Assembly: GCA_035559535.1 (NCBI GenBank) | Contig: DATMBG010000021.1 | Coordinates: 1-64,000, forward strand | Direction: 5' to 3' | From: Candidatus Limnocylindrales bacterium | GTDB lineage: Bacteria > Moduliflexota > Moduliflexia > Moduliflexales > JAUQPW01 | DNA: 64,000 nt | Shown: positions 49,001 through 58,848 of the stretch, piece after piece | How positions within the stretch are numbered: the first letter of the stretch is position 1 | Layout of the letters: every line of letters starts with the position of its first letter | Program-made: the position numbers and the translations under genes | Notes under the pieces: generated by a model | Databases searched by the model: none | What the model was told of the DNA's origin: nothing | What the model saw: only the letters and a program-made list of their open reading frames with translations

Positions 49001-49115
49001 GCGAACCTTGAGTTGCTTTCAGACGCGCACGAATCGAAGCAAGATCCAGTCGCTTATCGGTTGTCTGTTGTCCGTTGTCCATGATTCCTTGTCCGCTGTT
49101 CACCGTTCGTTGCAC
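46050..49115 (-). CDS. actB: Alternative complex III subunit B (molybdopterin-like + Fe-S)
   Basis: YWRSLEEL, Tat/lipoprotein SRRQFL...NAC, CVGCNAC..AC, CMQC..APC..VC, CVGTRYCSNNC, EKCTYC; start may be ATG 49082. Confidence 0.95.
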   Translation of the reverse strand: MQRTVNSGQGIMDNGQQTTDKRLDLASIRARLKATQGSLYWRSLEELAETEDFQEFLHREFPQQAAEWPDPVSRRQFLRLMGASLALAGLNACARPPDEKIVPYVRPPEEIVPGKPLFFATAMSLGGFATGLLVESHMGRPTKIEGNPDHPASLGATDVFAQASVLTLYDPDRSETVTYRGDIRPWEVFLAEFRKVLAEQRKTRGTRLRILTETVTSPTLAHQLQGVLTMFPSAKWHQYEPVGRDNVRAGAKLAFGEYVETQYRFDKAEIVLALGSDFLTWGPGSLRYTRDFVTKRRMQMGEGKMNRLYVVECTPSNTGAVADHRLPLRADEIEGFARAVAVALGVEIGALGNQSITPPIIPAQWIGALVRDLQQHRGTSLILVGPEQPPLVHALAHAMNHALGNVGNTVVYTDPVEANPVDQMASLRELVQDMDQGLVDVLVILGGNPAYTAPADLPFGERLAKVGFSVHLSLYEDETSVLCHWHIPEAHYLESWSDTRAYDGTITILQPLIAPLYGGKTAHEVLAAFTDKPEQTSYDIVRDYWKSRKISGDFEQFWRTVLNAGFIPDTALPPKSVSLKPDWVQRAIELQKPEGPGIGSPSLEIVFQPDPCIWDGRFANNGWLQELPKPLTKLTWDNAALISPATAERLGLSNEDVVKLIYRGRVVSAPVWIMPGHADHSVTVHLGYGRTRAGRVGTGQGFNAYVLRTSDGPWFGSGLEIQKTGQKYPLACTQMHHSMEGRNLVRSASLEQYRENPNFVHEGESEAGPYPSLYPEYEYKGYAWGMAIDLSACVGCNACIIACQSENNIPIVGKDQVMKSREMHWLRIDRYYAGGLDNPETYYQPVLCMQCEKAPCEVVCPVAATSHSAEGLNDMVYNRCVGTRYCSNNCPYKVRRFNFLQYSDWNTPSLKLLRNPDVTVRSRGVMEKCTYCVQRINAARIEAEKEGRQIRDGEILTACQAVCPADAIVFGNINDPNSRVSKLKAEPRNYGLLAELNTKPRTTYLAVIRNPNPEMTENNRG

Positions 49116-49167
49116 AAACCAACAGCAACGAACAACTCACAACGGACATCTTTTTACCTATTTACTC

Positions 49168-49827
49168 TTATCGATGACAGGTAGAACAACTGGTAAGAAA
49201 GGCAACATCGGGGATATTGTATTCCTTTACAAGCTTTTGTCCCAGCGCAATCTGATCGGCCGGTGGCTGCCAATCCATACTAAAGACATACTCCCGAGGT
49301 CTGATGAAACGTTCCGGCTGGCGGTGACATTCCAGGCACCACTCCATCTGGAGAGACTGCTGCTGCCAGGTTAAGGGCATTTGATCAATCCGCCCATGGC
49401 ACGTCACACATCCAATTCCCTTATTTACATGGATACTGTGATTAAAATAAACAAAATCGGCCAGATTGTGAACCCTTGTCCATTGAATAGCTTTACCAGT
49501 TCGCCAGCTCTCGCGCACAGGTTCCAGATAGGGACTGTTAGCCCAGATCTGAGAATGACAATTCATACAAGTCTTCGTCGGGGGAATTCCGGCAAACGAG
49601 GATTCCTCCACGGTGGTATGGCAATAACGACAGTCAATTCCCAATCCACTGACATGATGTTCATGACTGAATTGGACCGGTTGTACACGGACTATATTGG
49701 CCTGGGTCACATACTCCGAACGATTGATTTGCATCAAGACCCAGGCAAACACTACAAGCATGAAAACGGCTCCAAAGATACTCAGCTTGGATAAGGTATT
49801 CGTACTACGGTGAAAGATCTGAGGCAT
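49168..49827 (-). CDS. actA: Alternative complex III subunit A (pentaheme cytochrome c)
   Basis: MPQIF, one TM, five CxxCH (CRYCH, CMNCH, CVTCH, CLECH, CSTCH). Confidence 0.96.
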   Translation of the reverse strand: MPQIFHRSTNTLSKLSIFGAVFMLVVFAWVLMQINRSEYVTQANIVRVQPVQFSHEHHVSGLGIDCRYCHTTVEESSFAGIPPTKTCMNCHSQIWANSPYLEPVRESWRTGKAIQWTRVHNLADFVYFNHSIHVNKGIGCVTCHGRIDQMPLTWQQQSLQMEWCLECHRQPERFIRPREYVFSMDWQPPADQIALGQKLVKEYNIPDVAFLTSCSTCHR

Positions 49828-49918
49828 TTTAGCGTATCAAGTTCATCTTATTCTTTCTAGAAAAGATTATCATATCCTGCTCAATTATCAGAACGCACAT
49901 TGACGTGTTAATACCATG

Positions 49919-49947
49919 AATATCATGAATGAATGGCGAACTGTCAA
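49919..49947 (-). promoter_or_regulatory. Candidate sigma70 promoter of the act-cta operon
   Basis: TTGACA-17 bp-GATATT on the minus strand. Confidence 0.45.
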
Positions 49948-50122
49948 GCGAAATTTATAGATTCTCACTTAAATTTGTGGGCTAAAGGGGAGTAACTGAA
50001 ATCCTAGCGGGATACAGCAAACCTCTCTCTTAGAGAATTATTTAACTCCCTAACGAAGACCAGGACTTGACCTGGCTAAATAAAAGGGAATTCTCTATGA
50101 AGGACTTCCCCAGAAAGGATCC

Positions 50123-51079
50123 TTATACTTTCTTTTCACCGGGCCCCTCCCCTTCTGATGCTGCCTGCGCAAGGATGGCGTTAATTTCTCCTCCCACCAA
50201 AATAAAAAACCCCGTCAGATACATCCAGGTTAAAAGGACTATCACGGCCCCGATACTTCCATAAGTCTTGTTATAAGAACCGAAATGACTGACGTAGTAA
50301 GAAAATCCAAGTGAGGTGATAAGCCAGCCGATCACAGCAAAAACAGATCCCGGGGTAATCCATTTCCACTCCTGTTCTACATCGGGGGCAAAATAATAAA
50401 TCATCGCCATGGCTAAAATCAAAAACATGAAGATAACCGGCCATCGTAGGATGGTCCAGGTTACCTCAAAAATACTTCCCAGGCCTATACTACTTACCAT
50501 CCAACTCCCTATTTGGGGGCCAAAGATCAAAAGGATCGTGGCCGTGATGAGGAGGATTGAAAGCCCAAGGGTCAGGAGAATAGCCGTACCTTTCACCTTC
50601 CAAAAGGGACGTCCTTCCTGAACCCCATAAGCTCGATGGAGGGTCTCTATAATAGCGGTCATAGCACTGGAAGAGGCCCAGAGGGCCGTCAGAATACCAA
50701 AGGACAAGAGTCCACCTCTCGGGTTAGAAACCAGATCCCGAATATGATCCTGAATAAGTTTTAAAGCCTCCTCTGGAACTACCTTTGCCAGGAGCTCCAA
50801 GATCCTATCCATCAGATCAGGAACCGGCACATATCCCAAAAGACTCGTAAGAAAAAGTAAAAACGGGAACAGGGCAAATAAGAAATAATAAGCTAATTGG
50901 GCGGCAGATCCCAGGCAATCGTGTTTTTGAACCTTTTTAACCAGGCATCGTAATAATTCTACCTTGCTGAGTCCGCCCAAACGCCAAACTTCTTTGAGTT
51001 GTTCTTTGAGAGAAGTCCTTTTTCTTACCTCGAATTTTTCTGTTTCCCGGGTTTTTGTTTTTTTACCATAGTTATTCAT
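50123..51079 (-). CDS. YihY / virulence factor BrkB family membrane protein
   Basis: AAQLAYY.LFALFP, ALWASS, ITPGS, YNKTYGSIGAVIVLL.W.Y, GGEIN. Confidence 0.92.
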   Translation of the reverse strand: MNNYGKKTKTRETEKFEVRKRTSLKEQLKEVWRLGGLSKVELLRCLVKKVQKHDCLGSAAQLAYYFLFALFPFLLFLTSLLGYVPVPDLMDRILELLAKVVPEEALKLIQDHIRDLVSNPRGGLLSFGILTALWASSSAMTAIIETLHRAYGVQEGRPFWKVKGTAILLTLGLSILLITATILLIFGPQIGSWMVSSIGLGSIFEVTWTILRWPVIFMFLILAMAMIYYFAPDVEQEWKWITPGSVFAVIGWLITSLGFSYYVSHFGSYNKTYGSIGAVIVLLTWMYLTGFFILVGGEINAILAQAASEGEGPGEKKV

Positions 51080-51281
51080 GTTATTTCGATCCTGTTAAAT
51101 TAGGTTTTAACCTTAAAAGCTCCGCAGGAGCGATCTGTTAATTCCCCCCGCATGCGGGGGAAAAGAGCGATAGAGAGGAAAGGGGGGCTTCCTTTGGTAG
51201 CAACCCTCTTACCTGAACACCCTAAGCCCCATAAGGGCGGCGTCGAGTTATTTATTAGGTTATTCATTATTCAATAGTATC

Positions 51282-51296
51282 GCAAAGATCAGGCCA
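51282..51296 (-). promoter_or_regulatory. Sigma54 promoter for the yihY-family gene
   Basis: TGGCCTGATCTTTGC on the minus strand, GG-N10-GC. Confidence 0.68.
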
Positions 51297-51330
51297 GAAA
51301 CCTCTCTTAAGTTATCGAAGTAAAGGAAGA

Positions 51331-51344
51331 GGTAAAAATATACC
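51331..51344. promoter_or_regulatory. Candidate enhancer (bEBP) site GGTA-N6-TACC
   Basis: GAGGTAAAAATATACCCT, same flanks as the 31682 site. Confidence 0.45.
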
Positions 51345-51564
51345 CTTATCGGGGAAATAAAATTACCCCTGGTTACAGGCTGATGTTGGGGTAGGGGTTA
51401 TTCAAAACTCTCCCAGGGGAGTTAGTTGAAGGAATTGAATCCAACCTTTTGTCTTTAAACCGATTCATTCACAAGAAAAATAGACCTCCTGGATAGAGAC
51501 GAGGAGAAGGGCCCATAACCCTCCTAAATTCTTAAAGATCCATGGGAAAATTTCTTCTTTGCTT

Positions 51565-51579
51565 TGGCATACTTATTGC
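51565..51579 (+). promoter_or_regulatory. Sigma54 promoter for the lipoprotein/kinase/activator genes
   Basis: TGGCATACTTATTGC, GG-N10-GC. Confidence 0.78.
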
Positions 51580-51622
51580 CCCAATGTAGGTATTATCCAT
51601 ACCTGATGATAGGAGGGTTTTT

Positions 51623-51934
51623 ATGAGCTACTTCAAGCTAAAAATACTAAATTATTTCAGGGTTTTTCTCTTCTTAGGTCTTTTTTCCTTATCTGGATGC
51701 TTCAATATCTTACAACTTACCCCCAAAGACAGGCCTCCCACTCAAGAAACCGGTCAAAGGAACGAAGTCATCCTTAAAGATTTTCCCATTTCTTCCCCTC
51801 TACCACAAGGAGAAGAGCAATTATCTGAAGCTGAGGCCTTTTTAGAGAATGCAAACTCTCAAAAAACTCCCTACGCCGGCTATTCGGACCAGGCAGAGTT
51901 TTATAGTCAGTTTATTCTAAACAAGGCCAACTAA
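51623..51934 (+). CDS. Small hypothetical lipoprotein
   Basis: AGGAGG SD, hydrophobic N-terminus, lipobox LSGC. Confidence 0.65.
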   Translation: MSYFKLKILNYFRVFLFLGLFSLSGCFNILQLTPKDRPPTQETGQRNEVILKDFPISSPLPQGEEQLSEAEAFLENANSQKTPYAGYSDQAEFYSQFILNKAN

Positions 51935-52095
51935 AAACGAAAGGAGGTTATGGACAAATCAAGAAATAATAGCTAAAATTAGCTAAAGGAATAGGTGGAG
52001 AGGGTTAATTATAACCTTTTTTTCAATAATTCAGGAAAATATTCCTCAGTTATCAAACGGGACGTTTGACCTACTAACTTGAGAAATCATAACTT

Positions 52096-54984
52096 ATGAG
52101 TCCTTCCATATTGGAAAAAGTAAAAGATCAGCTTGGGTTCAATTTTGTGGTAGTACTTCTGGCCGGATTATTAGGTTTTCTGTTAAATACCCTTCCCATA
52201 GAGTTATTCTATAAAGTATGGATCTTTTTCGGAAGTATCCCTGCTTTAATTGTTACCCTTACCCTGGGTCCCTTATGGGGATCTCTAACAGCCCTTCTTG
52301 CTTCGAGTTATACTGTTTATCTGTGGAATTCCTTTCACGGGGTTGTTCTTTACACCCTTGAAGCTCTCGTACTTGGTAGCCTGGTCAGCCAACAAAGGTC
52401 TCCCATTATCATGGACATGTTTTACTGGATTCTGATAGGGTCTCCACTGACCTATTGGTTTTATACTTCCTGGTTAGGTTATTCAAAGATTTACGTAAGC
52501 ATCCTGTGGGTTGGATTAATTCTAAATGGATTTATCAACATAACTTTGGCTAAATTGCTGCTGTTGCTGTTCCCCGGCATCAGTCTCGGTATTTCTAGAG
52601 GAAAGAAACCTTATCCAAGCGAAAGTCTTCAATCTTATCTTTTTGTGACCTTTATCATCGTAGCCATTACCCCGGTTGCCATAATGAGCCTCGTTAACAG
52701 TCGCTCCCTGATTAAAAGCAAACTGGAGGAGCGAAAAAATAATCTAAAAGAAATCTCCAACTCGGTAAGTATCAGCATTGATAAATACATAAAACTCCAT
52801 ATGGAAGGGCTCCAGACCCTGGTCAAGCAGCTTGAATCCAGAAAAAATCTGGCGCCTTCCCCAGAAATTGAAAACCTGATCGAAACGGCTTACAAGGAGT
52901 ATCAAGGATTTTCCGCTGTTTATCTGGCAGATGCCTCCGGCCAGGTCATGGTAATAAAACCGAGTTCCAGTGCTTCAGAGGTGATGAACTTTAGTAGCCG
53001 GGATTATTATAAGCAGCTTGTCCAAACGAAAAATACCACGATTTCAGAGGTATTTTTTGCCATAGAAGGAGGTTTTGAACCGACGGTTGTAATCGTTAGT
53101 CCGGTTCTAGACGAAAAAGGGCAAATGATGGCTTTTATCGGGGGAACACTGAACCTGAAGGTTATCAATCATTTCATCGACAAATTTAAAACCGATAAAG
53201 ACCGGGAAATTATCGTGGTAGATGAACGAAATCGGGTGATCAGTTCCAGTAATCCAAAACGTTATTGGGCCCTCAAGGATCTGGGAAACACAGAACTTAT
53301 AACCCAGGCTCTTAAAGAAGAATCTGAAGTTTTTCAGTATCAGCTCGATGAAGCGAAGGAGAGGGTCTCACCGGAGTCGGCCATCCGTCTGGTTGGGTTC
53401 CAGGTTCTTCGCCCTCTAGGATGGAAAGTTCTTATTGAGCAATCCTTACAAGAAATCTACTCGGAAATTCAAGTTATTTATCAACGACTGGCTTTCTGGA
53501 TCTTTGGAATCTGTGGATTTTCTATCTTTATCAGTATTTTACTTTCCAGAACGATCTCACAGCCTATTAAAGAATTAGAAGCAGAGGCTAAATCCTTCAT
53601 CAGCAACCTGGGACATAGAAAAGTCTCCTCCCGAAGCCTCATTGCTCCTACGGAGGTAACGACCCTGGCCAGGGCTTTTTCTGAAATGGCTCAAGAGATT
53701 GAAGGCTCTTACTCAAAGCTGGAGAGAATGGTTAAGGAAAGAACTGAGGAATTGGAGACTAAGAATTTTGAACTTCAGCAAATGAATAAAAAACTTGAAG
53801 AAATCAATCGACTCAAATCGGCTTTCCTGGCCAACATGTCCCATGAGTTGAGAACCCCCTTGAACTCCATCCTGTCCCTGTCAGAAGGTCTGATTCGCAA
53901 GATCCCCGGAGAACTCAACCAGGATCAGGAAAAATATTTAAAGATCATCTTCAAAAATGGCAAAGACTTGTTGGAGTTGATCAATGATCTCCTGGATCTG
54001 GCTAAAATAGAGGCTGGAAAGATGAAGTTAAATCACCGGGTTTTTGTAGTTAATCGCCTCATCGAGGAGGTTGTGGAGATCATTTATCCCATGACCCAAG
54101 AAAAGGGGTTACACTTCTTTGTTGAAGTGGATACATCTACACCCCCTGTGATTTACAGTGATGAAGAGCAAATCAAAAGGATTATTTTAAACCTGGCCAG
54201 CAATGCAGTTAAATTTACAGAGAAAGGACTGGTGGTTCTTGGGGTCAAAAGACGCCTCCAGCAAGATACCCAAAGACCATATATTCAATTTTCTGTATCG
54301 GATACCGGAATCGGAATTTCGAAAGAGCATCAAGAAGCCATATTTGGAGAGTTTATCCAGGTGGATATTTCCAGGGCCCGTCGCTATCAAGGAGCGGGGT
54401 TAGGCCTTGCCATATGTAAAAAACTGGTTCAAATCTTAGAAGGAGAGATCTGGCTTAACAGTGAGCCTGCAGAAGGCTCCACCTTTATGTTTACTATCCC
54501 TACCTGTGAAGATCAGATAAGTCCTGAAGCCCTGGCCTATATCCTAGAAGGGGAGAAAAATGTAGAAGCCAGATTTCGAAAATTTGAACTCAGACTTAAG
54601 AATGACCAGGGTCGCAAAGTTCTATTGATAGAAGATGTTATATCTACCCAGTATGCGATCAAGTTCCTCCTGGCAACCAGGAACATCCAGGTTATCATCC
54701 CAGACCACAGACCAGAAGAATGTTATAAGAATCTGGAGGTTCAACCTGATTTAATCCTGGTGGATGTGTCGATTCCAGATCGAGATGGACACACGATCCT
54801 TAAAGCTTTTAGAGAAATCCAAGCATTTAGGGAAATTCCTATCCTGGCGATTACCTCAGGTTCTAAAGAAGAACAGGGAAACAAATGGATAAAAATGGGG
54901 TATAATGATTATATTACAAAACCGATCCAGGACTCGGATTTGTTAGATAAAGTAACCTATTGGCTTAACCCAATCTGTTGTTAG
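52096..54984 (+). CDS. Hybrid sensor histidine kinase (TM sensor-Cache-HAMP-HisKA-HATPase-REC)
   Basis: FLANMSHELRTPLN, NLASNAVKFT, DTGIG, GAGLGL, C-terminal receiver PDLILVD. Confidence 0.93.
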   Translation: MSPSILEKVKDQLGFNFVVVLLAGLLGFLLNTLPIELFYKVWIFFGSIPALIVTLTLGPLWGSLTALLASSYTVYLWNSFHGVVLYTLEALVLGSLVSQQRSPIIMDMFYWILIGSPLTYWFYTSWLGYSKIYVSILWVGLILNGFINITLAKLLLLLFPGISLGISRGKKPYPSESLQSYLFVTFIIVAITPVAIMSLVNSRSLIKSKLEERKNNLKEISNSVSISIDKYIKLHMEGLQTLVKQLESRKNLAPSPEIENLIETAYKEYQGFSAVYLADASGQVMVIKPSSSASEVMNFSSRDYYKQLVQTKNTTISEVFFAIEGGFEPTVVIVSPVLDEKGQMMAFIGGTLNLKVINHFIDKFKTDKDREIIVVDERNRVISSSNPKRYWALKDLGNTELITQALKEESEVFQYQLDEAKERVSPESAIRLVGFQVLRPLGWKVLIEQSLQEIYSEIQVIYQRLAFWIFGICGFSIFISILLSRTISQPIKELEAEAKSFISNLGHRKVSSRSLIAPTEVTTLARAFSEMAQEIEGSYSKLERMVKERTEELETKNFELQQMNKKLEEINRLKSAFLANMSHELRTPLNSILSLSEGLIRKIPGELNQDQEKYLKIIFKNGKDLLELINDLLDLAKIEAGKMKLNHRVFVVNRLIEEVVEIIYPMTQEKGLHFFVEVDTSTPPVIYSDEEQIKRIILNLASNAVKFTEKGLVVLGVKRRLQQDTQRPYIQFSVSDTGIGISKEHQEAIFGEFIQVDISRARRYQGAGLGLAICKKLVQILEGEIWLNSEPAEGSTFMFTIPTCEDQISPEALAYILEGEKNVEARFRKFELRLKNDQGRKVLLIEDVISTQYAIKFLLATRNIQVIIPDHRPEECYKNLEVQPDLILVDVSIPDRDGHTILKAFREIQAFREIPILAITSGSKEEQGNKWIKMGYNDYITKPIQDSDLLDKVTYWLNPICC

Positions 54985-55224
54985 TCATCTATTGTCCGTT
55001 GTTCATGGCAGGATTATCAGCTTGACCCTATTAAGTTCCTTAGAATCTCTTAATTACAAGGACAAAAAATCCTGGGGATCAGAAAATTTTATGTTGACAC
55101 CCATATCCTTGGAATCTTTGGCCCTGACAGTGAAAGAATTCTTTCTGACTAAACAGGGTTCGTTTAAACAGGTAAAGAGTAACAGGGGACAACAGATAAC
55201 GGACGACTGGCAATTAAGATAGTT

Positions 55225-57174
55225 ATGGCAAAAATCTTAATCGTCGATGATAGAAGAGACAATATATTTTCTGCGACGGTCAAATTAAAAGAGGACAACT
55301 ATGAAATCCTCACGGAGACTCAGGCCGAAGAAGCTCTTAAGAAGGCTGAAGAGGAGTTACCGGATTGTATCCTGCTCGATGTAAACATGCCGGAAATGGA
55401 TGGATTTGAGATTTGCAGGAGACTTAAACAAAATCCCAAGACCCAGGATATTCCAGTTTTGTTTACAACTGCCATCTATCGAGATACAGAGAGTATTGTA
55501 AGGGGGTTGGAAGTTGGAGGAGATGATTATATTGTATCACCGTTTGAAGCTCAAGAACTCAGGGCTCGGGTCAAGGTTCTGGTTCGTCTCAAAAAGAGCC
55601 GGGATGAATTAAGAGAGAAGAATCTGGAGTTGGAACTGGCCAATGAGCAACTCAGAGAAAAGAATAACGATCTCATCCGGGCCAATAATTTTCTCAGCAG
55701 TATTATGGATTGGTCCGATTATTCTATTCTGACCGGCGATTTGCAAGGGACTATCTTGACTTTTAATGAAGGGGGGAAACGGACGTTTGCTTATGAAGCA
55801 GGGGAAGTTATCGGAAAACCCATAGGTATCTTATTTACGAAGGAGTTTAATGAGCCTGAGCAAATCCAGAACATGATCGAAGCCATTGTTACAACCGGAC
55901 GCTATGAAGGGGAAATGAAAGGAGTTCGAAAGAATCAGGAAATTTTCCCGGTGCATGCAGTATTTACCCTGAGAAAGGATGAAAACGGAAAACCTTTCGG
56001 ATTTGTCAATATCTCAAGAGATCTTTCTAAAGAGAAGAAACTGGAATTAACCGTTGAGCAGAAGGAGGAAGAACTCCAGAGAGCTACCCAAGAATTAGAA
56101 CGGAAAAATAAAGAACTGGAACTACGCTACAAATTCAAGAAGGATATCATTGGATATAGTCCCAAAATGCTGCAGGTATTTAAGATTATCGAACAGGTCT
56201 CCCAGATTGATTCTACGGTTTTAATTCAGGGAGAAAGCGGGACCGGAAAGGAATTAATCGCTAAAGCCATCCACTACAATAGCCCACGAGCCAAAGGCCC
56301 CCTAAGAACCGTTAATTGTGCTGCACTTCCAGAAACTCTGATCGAAAGTGAGCTATTCGGCCACGAAAAGGGAGCTTTTACCGGAGCAGACCGACAAAAG
56401 AAGGGACAGTTTGAGCTGGCCAATAAAGGAACGATCTTCCTGGATGAAATCGGAGAAGTCTCCCTGAGTACTCAGGTGAAACTGCTGCGGGTTCTTCAAG
56501 AAAAAGAGATCATCCGGGTCGGAGGGGATAATCCAATTAAAATAGATGTCCGAATTATTACCGCTACCAACAAAAATCTGGAAGAAGAAGTCAAAAAAGG
56601 AAATTTTAGACAGGATTTGTTATATCGACTCAATGTAATCCCTATCGTTTTACCTCCACTCAGAGAAAGACGGGATGATATCCAGTTGCTGGTCAATCAC
56701 TTTCTAAAGAAAACCTGTGAGCGCCTGGGAAAGAAAGTCAAAATCTCCCCAGAGGCCATGCAGGCCCTTACGAATTATCAATGGCCCGGTAACGTAAGAG
56801 AACTTGAAAATATCATCGAACGGGCCGTGGTTTTTGAAGAGACCGATACCATTACCTTAAGTTCCTTACCTCAGACCATAGCTGAAAATGCTATTCTCAA
56901 TCCATCCTGGGATAAAAAGGATCAAGGATTTCTAAAAAAGACCTATCAGGAGTTAAAAGAACAGGCCATTGAAAACTTCCATAGGGAACTCTTAGACTGG
57001 ATTCTGATCAAATACAAGGGCAATGTGGGAGCCGCAGCCAGAGAGCTTGGATTAGATAAAAGTAATTTCAGGAAAATCATTAAGAAATACCATATTAATG
57101 TACGGAATTACCGTCAAGGCCTGGCAAGTACCATGGGACGTACCCCAATCAAAAAGGAAGAGAATACCAGCTAA
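55225..57174 (+). CDS. Sigma54-dependent activator (REC-PAS-AAA+-HTH)
   Basis: ILLDVNMP receiver, [34 protein letters not shown], Fis-like HTH. Confidence 0.95.
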   Translation: MAKILIVDDRRDNIFSATVKLKEDNYEILTETQAEEALKKAEEELPDCILLDVNMPEMDGFEICRRLKQNPKTQDIPVLFTTAIYRDTESIVRGLEVGGDDYIVSPFEAQELRARVKVLVRLKKSRDELREKNLELELANEQLREKNNDLIRANNFLSSIMDWSDYSILTGDLQGTILTFNEGGKRTFAYEAGEVIGKPIGILFTKEFNEPEQIQNMIEAIVTTGRYEGEMKGVRKNQEIFPVHAVFTLRKDENGKPFGFVNISRDLSKEKKLELTVEQKEEELQRATQELERKNKELELRYKFKKDIIGYSPKMLQVFKIIEQVSQIDSTVLIQGESGTGKELIAKAIHYNSPRAKGPLRTVNCAALPETLIESELFGHEKGAFTGADRQKKGQFELANKGTIFLDEIGEVSLSTQVKLLRVLQEKEIIRVGGDNPIKIDVRIITATNKNLEEEVKKGNFRQDLLYRLNVIPIVLPPLRERRDDIQLLVNHFLKKTCERLGKKVKISPEAMQALTNYQWPGNVRELENIIERAVVFEETDTITLSSLPQTIAENAILNPSWDKKDQGFLKKTYQELKEQAIENFHRELLDWILIKYKGNVGAAARELGLDKSNFRKIIKKYHINVRNYRQGLASTMGRTPIKKEENTS

Positions 57175-57841
57175 ACCCCCTTGAATTTAAGACCAGAAAT
57201 ATGTAAAGATCCTGATTTATGAAGGTTTCTCAAGAGGTACGGGTTTTCGAAGGGGTAGATCTAAACCTTACCATTTAAACAAATCCAAAAAGGGTAAAAG
57301 CACAGATAATACCAGATCGGTATTGAAATAGGGTGTAAAATAGGAACAGCTCCTCCCCAGGAGGCAACCTCTTCAGAGGGAAAGGAAAGGGTCTATTCTG
57401 GAGTTGGAGTAGGCCACACGCCAATAAGAAAGTCAGGGAAACGGTCCTGGATATCCTCCCCATCCAGAGGGATAATTACTTCATCCTCCCTGAACCGGCT
57501 CGTCCATCTCCCGCCTGATACTTTTAACAACTTAAATCTTATTTTAAGAAGAAAGAGGGGAGTTTCTTCGTTTAAATTAAACCTGACCTCCTAATCATCG
57601 TAGAATCCCTATGGATCATAACCTTTGATTTAATTTCCTAATACCTGAGGTAAAGAACGGTAAGTTTCCCATTGATCTCGCCACGCGAAGTTATAATCTT
57701 AGATTAGCATAACTTTGTGTAGGCTTCTATCCTACTCTACCATACTTTAATGGATTATCTTTAACCGTATTTTTACAAAATAACTGCTATGGTATTCATC
57801 TTGAATGCCAGAGGAGTATTCTTGTAAAAAGGATATAAAAA

Positions 57842-58525
57842 TTGAAAACGACAGCGAAAAGGCAAAAGGAGTTTTCTCGCCTTCCTCAACATGTAGGTAT
57901 TATTCCAGACGGAAACCGTCGTTGGGCAAAGAAGCGAGGTCTTGCGCAGCAGGAAGGTTATGAGGCTGGAATTGAGCCCGGACTTCGTCTCCTGAATCTT
58001 TGTCGGGAACTGGGAATTAAAGAAGCTTCGGTTTATGGTTTCACCAAGGAGAATGTACATCGACCGTCCGAACAAATCGAGAAGTTTCGAGAGGCCTGCG
58101 TAAAGTTTGTTTTCTCTGCCATTGAAGTGGGTGCGGCTTTGCTGGTCGTGGGTGATTCGGACTCTCCCGTTTTTCCAGATGCCCTTCGGCCTTTTACAAA
58201 ACAACGGACCCAGGGAGATATTCGGGTTAATTTGCTGGTAAACTATGGCTGGCAATGGGATCTCCTGTCAGCTCTGGAACATGCACGAACCAACAATACC
58301 CTTTCCTACTCTGGAATACCACGGGCTTTGGCTTCCGGGGATGTTTCACGCGTGGATCTTGTTGTACGTTGGGGTGGACGTCGTCGTCTTTCCGGCTTTC
58401 TGCCGATCCAATGTGCCTATGCAGATATGTATGTCATCGATACTCTTTGGCCGGACATGACTCTAGAGGAATTCTTAGATGCCCTTCGCTGGTATCAGGA
58501 ACAGGACATCACCCTGGGCGGATAA
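57842..58525 (+). CDS. cis-prenyltransferase (UppS family), divergent paralog
   Basis: PQHVGIIPDGNRRWA, YGFTKEN..R, NYGW, DLVVRWGGRRRLSGFLP. Confidence 0.88.
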   Translation: MKTTAKRQKEFSRLPQHVGIIPDGNRRWAKKRGLAQQEGYEAGIEPGLRLLNLCRELGIKEASVYGFTKENVHRPSEQIEKFREACVKFVFSAIEVGAALLVVGDSDSPVFPDALRPFTKQRTQGDIRVNLLVNYGWQWDLLSALEHARTNNTLSYSGIPRALASGDVSRVDLVVRWGGRRRLSGFLPIQCAYADMYVIDTLWPDMTLEEFLDALRWYQEQDITLGG

Positions 58526-58848
58526 TCCCCTTTGAGAACGACTGTAGAGGTGTTACAGATGCTCTACAGCCGTTCTTAACTCATCTAGAGTAGCCCGTCC
58601 TACCGGCTTGCAGATACCTCAAACCTGGAAGATGATACGCTTCCCCCCTATAGAACGCCCTTCTATCTGCGACTGGATTTCAATATCGAAGGGGTATAAA
58701 TCCATAGTTTATGGGAACAGATCGCCATGGATCCTTATCCAGGTCTTCCCCACCGAATACCTCTCCATATTTATTCTTAATGGGTGTAAATTTAAAGATC
58801 AATTGACCCAACCGGTTTTTCAGTACCCGGCCCTCAAATCGGATCCGA

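Noticed and set aside
54992-55222. 76-aa ORF between the kinase and activator genes
   Set aside because: Bounded by inverted heptamer repeats (TTGTCCGTTG / GACAACAGATAACGGAC), TTG start without SD; probably non-coding
57275-57463. 62-aa minus-strand ORF
   Set aside because: No motif or family support; treated as intergenic
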